Of a stretch of DNA of 32,000 bases, positions 30,793 through 32,000 are shown one piece after another. The notes below the pieces were generated by a model. That model made no database searches. It saw only the letters and a list, made by a program, of their open reading frames with translations, and was not told the DNA's origin. Position 1 is the stretch's first letter. The number at the start of each line of letters is the position of its first letter. Made by a program: the position numbers and the translations under genes. Location of the stretch: contig NZ_CP010904.1 in the NCBI RefSeq assembly GCF_001017655.1, positions 2,220,001-2,252,000 on the forward strand, written 5' to 3'. Source of the stretch: Kiritimatiella glycovorans. Lineage in GTDB: Bacteria; Verrucomicrobiota; Kiritimatiellia; Kiritimatiellales; Kiritimatiellaceae.

Positions 30793-32000
30793 ATGAGGAC
30801 ACTTCAACCCAGATGGTTCTGGATCTTTGCGGTCTTCACGTGCGCAGCACTTCTTGCGCGCGGCGAAGGGGCACTGCTGCTCGAATACAACTTCAGCGAC
30901 GATCCCACGCCGTCGAAGATGGACGCGGAGTATATCGATCCCGATCTCGCAGCCACAGACATCACCGAATACGGCGACCCGGACGCCAGCGGGACCTCGC
31001 CGGAGCTGGCCAATTTCGCGGGCTATTCGCTGAACATCAAGCGCAACGCGCTCGATACGCATCCTATGAATTCCAGCGATTACCTGACGTTCACGGTCCG
31101 CACGGCCGACACGAACCGGCTGATAGATCCCGATCACGCCGAGCTGCGGTTCAACCAGTTCAGTGACGACTTCTCGTTCGTGATCTACGTCGATGCCGGC
31201 GAAGGTTTCCGGGAGGCGGCCACTCTGGGCGGAGCGAGCAACAGCTCTCTGCGGGACACGATCCGGGATCTCGACCTGGATGCGGTACCGGCCTCCACCT
31301 CGCTGGTCTTCCGGATCGAGTGCGCCCATGCCGCACCCGGTTCCGCCCTCAACACCACCCTTCAGTTCGCTCACGTCAAGCTGTACGGCGAACTCAGGAA
31401 TGCGGGGCAGCGGGATTCCGCGCGGCGTTTCCCCCGACTGACGAGACTCGCCGATGCGTCGGACCGGCTCGCCCTCCGGTGGCCCGGCGTGCAGGGATCC
31501 GTGTACAGGGTCGAGTCCACGACCCACCTCGTCGGAGGCACCTGGGGCCCCGAAGCCACGAACCTTGTCGGCGCGGGGGGATTCTGCGCGGTCACAAACA
31601 CAGCGGAGGGCAATCGACGTTTCTACCGCGTCCGAAAGACGGCAGCCCATGCCCCGGCTTATGCGTACCACGACATCCGCGACTACGGGGCGGTTCTCAA
31701 CGACGGGCTCGACGACTCGGACGCGGTTCAGGCCGCGATCGATGCCGCCGCCGCCAGCCGCTGGAACGGGACGGTCTATTTTCCGCCCGGTGTCACGACG
31801 ATCACCCGGCCGCTGGAGATGCGGATCTTCGTCAGCCTGCTCGGCGCCGGCACGCCCGGCGAAGCGGGAGGCTCTGTCCTGCGTGCCGCGCCGTCGGCCG
31901 AACTCACCTCCATGCTTTGGGGCCGCGACCCGGCGGTGCGGTTCCTGAGCATTGAGCATCTCACCTTCGACGGCGCCGGGCTGGAGATCCCGTGGATCAT
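30793..32000 (+). CDS. secreted right-handed beta-helix protein (Pectate_lyase_3 / GH28-GH55-like fold) with N-terminal jelly-roll-like and small FYRV-type beta domains; 3' end lies outside the window
   Basis: Absent from the ORF track because no stop lies in the window. Manual translation from ATG 30793 is open to the window end (402 codons): MRTLQPRWFWIFAVFTCAALLARGEG (signal)...LALRWPGVQGSVYRVESTTHLVGGTWGP...NRRFYRVRK...YHDIRDYGAVLNDGLDDSDAVQAAIDAAAASRWNGTVYFPPGVTTITRPLEM. The last segment is the classic opening of the pectate-lyase-superfamily beta helix. Confidence 0.65.
   Translation, partial: MRTLQPRWFWIFAVFTCAALLARGEGALLLEYNFSDDPTPSKMDAEYIDPDLAATDITEYGDPDASGTSPELANFAGYSLNIKRNALDTHPMNSSDYLTFTVRTADTNRLIDPDHAELRFNQFSDDFSFVIYVDAGEGFREAATLGGASNSSLRDTIRDLDLDAVPASTSLVFRIECAHAAPGSALNTTLQFAHVKLYGELRNAGQRDSARRFPRLTRLADASDRLALRWPGVQGSVYRVESTTHLVGGTWGPEATNLVGAGGFCAVTNTAEGNRRFYRVRKTAAHAPAYAYHDIRDYGAVLNDGLDDSDAVQAAIDAAAASRWNGTVYFPPGVTTITRPLEMRIFVSLLGAGTPGEAGGSVLRAAPSAELTSMLWGRDPAVRFLSIEHLTFDGAGLEIPWI

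Noticed and set aside
30780-31166. Track ORFs 30780-31166(+), 31193-31441(+), 31320-31955(+) and 31454-31948(+)
   Set aside because: They are off-frame relative to the open frame starting at ATG 30793. That frame gives a signal peptide and a pectate-lyase-fold signature and stays open to the window end.
1-32000. Search by eye for rRNA, tRNA, transposase, integrase, or toxin/defence-type genes
   Set aside because: None recognised. All sizeable coding capacity is accounted for by carbohydrate-active, transport and regulatory genes. The small repeats have no autonomous partner in this window.

Overview
High-GC bacterial window, about 65-75% GC in most genes by hand sampling. It reads as a polysaccharide-utilisation-type locus for a sulfated and/or uronic-acid-containing glycan. 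Gene content points to the PVC superphylum (Kiritimatiellota, Lentisphaerota or Verrucomicrobiota-like); this placement is inference only. I support 17 CDS. Two of them are cut by the window edges and are missing from the ORF track (1-478 minus; 30793-32000 plus). The CDS are: three Cys-type sulfatases, a GH115-like enzyme, a very large GH2-like enzyme, a large unassigned glycosidase-like protein with discoidin domains, a beta-helix (pectate-lyase-fold) protein, two PEP-CTERM surface proteins, two URO-D-superfamily proteins, a sodium:solute symporter, a Tat-exported Gfo/Idh/MocA oxidoreductase, a secreted xylose-isomerase-like TIM barrel fused to a long HEAT-repeat region, a Tat-exported PHP-type metallohydrolase, and two XylR-like hybrid regulators. 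I saw no rRNA, tRNA, CRISPR array or transposase. Most long antisense ORFs in the track are GC-driven shadows. Main leads: (1) A roughly 295-aa module occurs once with a PEP-CTERM anchor and again, in tandem, fused to the GH115-like enzyme; a weaker analogous pair precedes the GH2-like enzyme. (2) A near-identical ~30-nt operator-plus-promoter block with identical geometry lies upstream of two different sulfatase genes 17 kb apart. (3) A Tat Gfo/Idh/MocA plus TIM-barrel/HEAT pair suggests oxidative (3-keto) glycoside cleavage. (4) URO-D/MtaA-like proteins lie in a locus with a (methyl)glucuronidase-family enzyme. (5) Several families of interspersed, hairpin-rich intergenic repeats are present, including a 132-bp palindromic element whose two arms carry compensatory stem changes. 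All functional calls come from motif recognition by eye. No database search was run.
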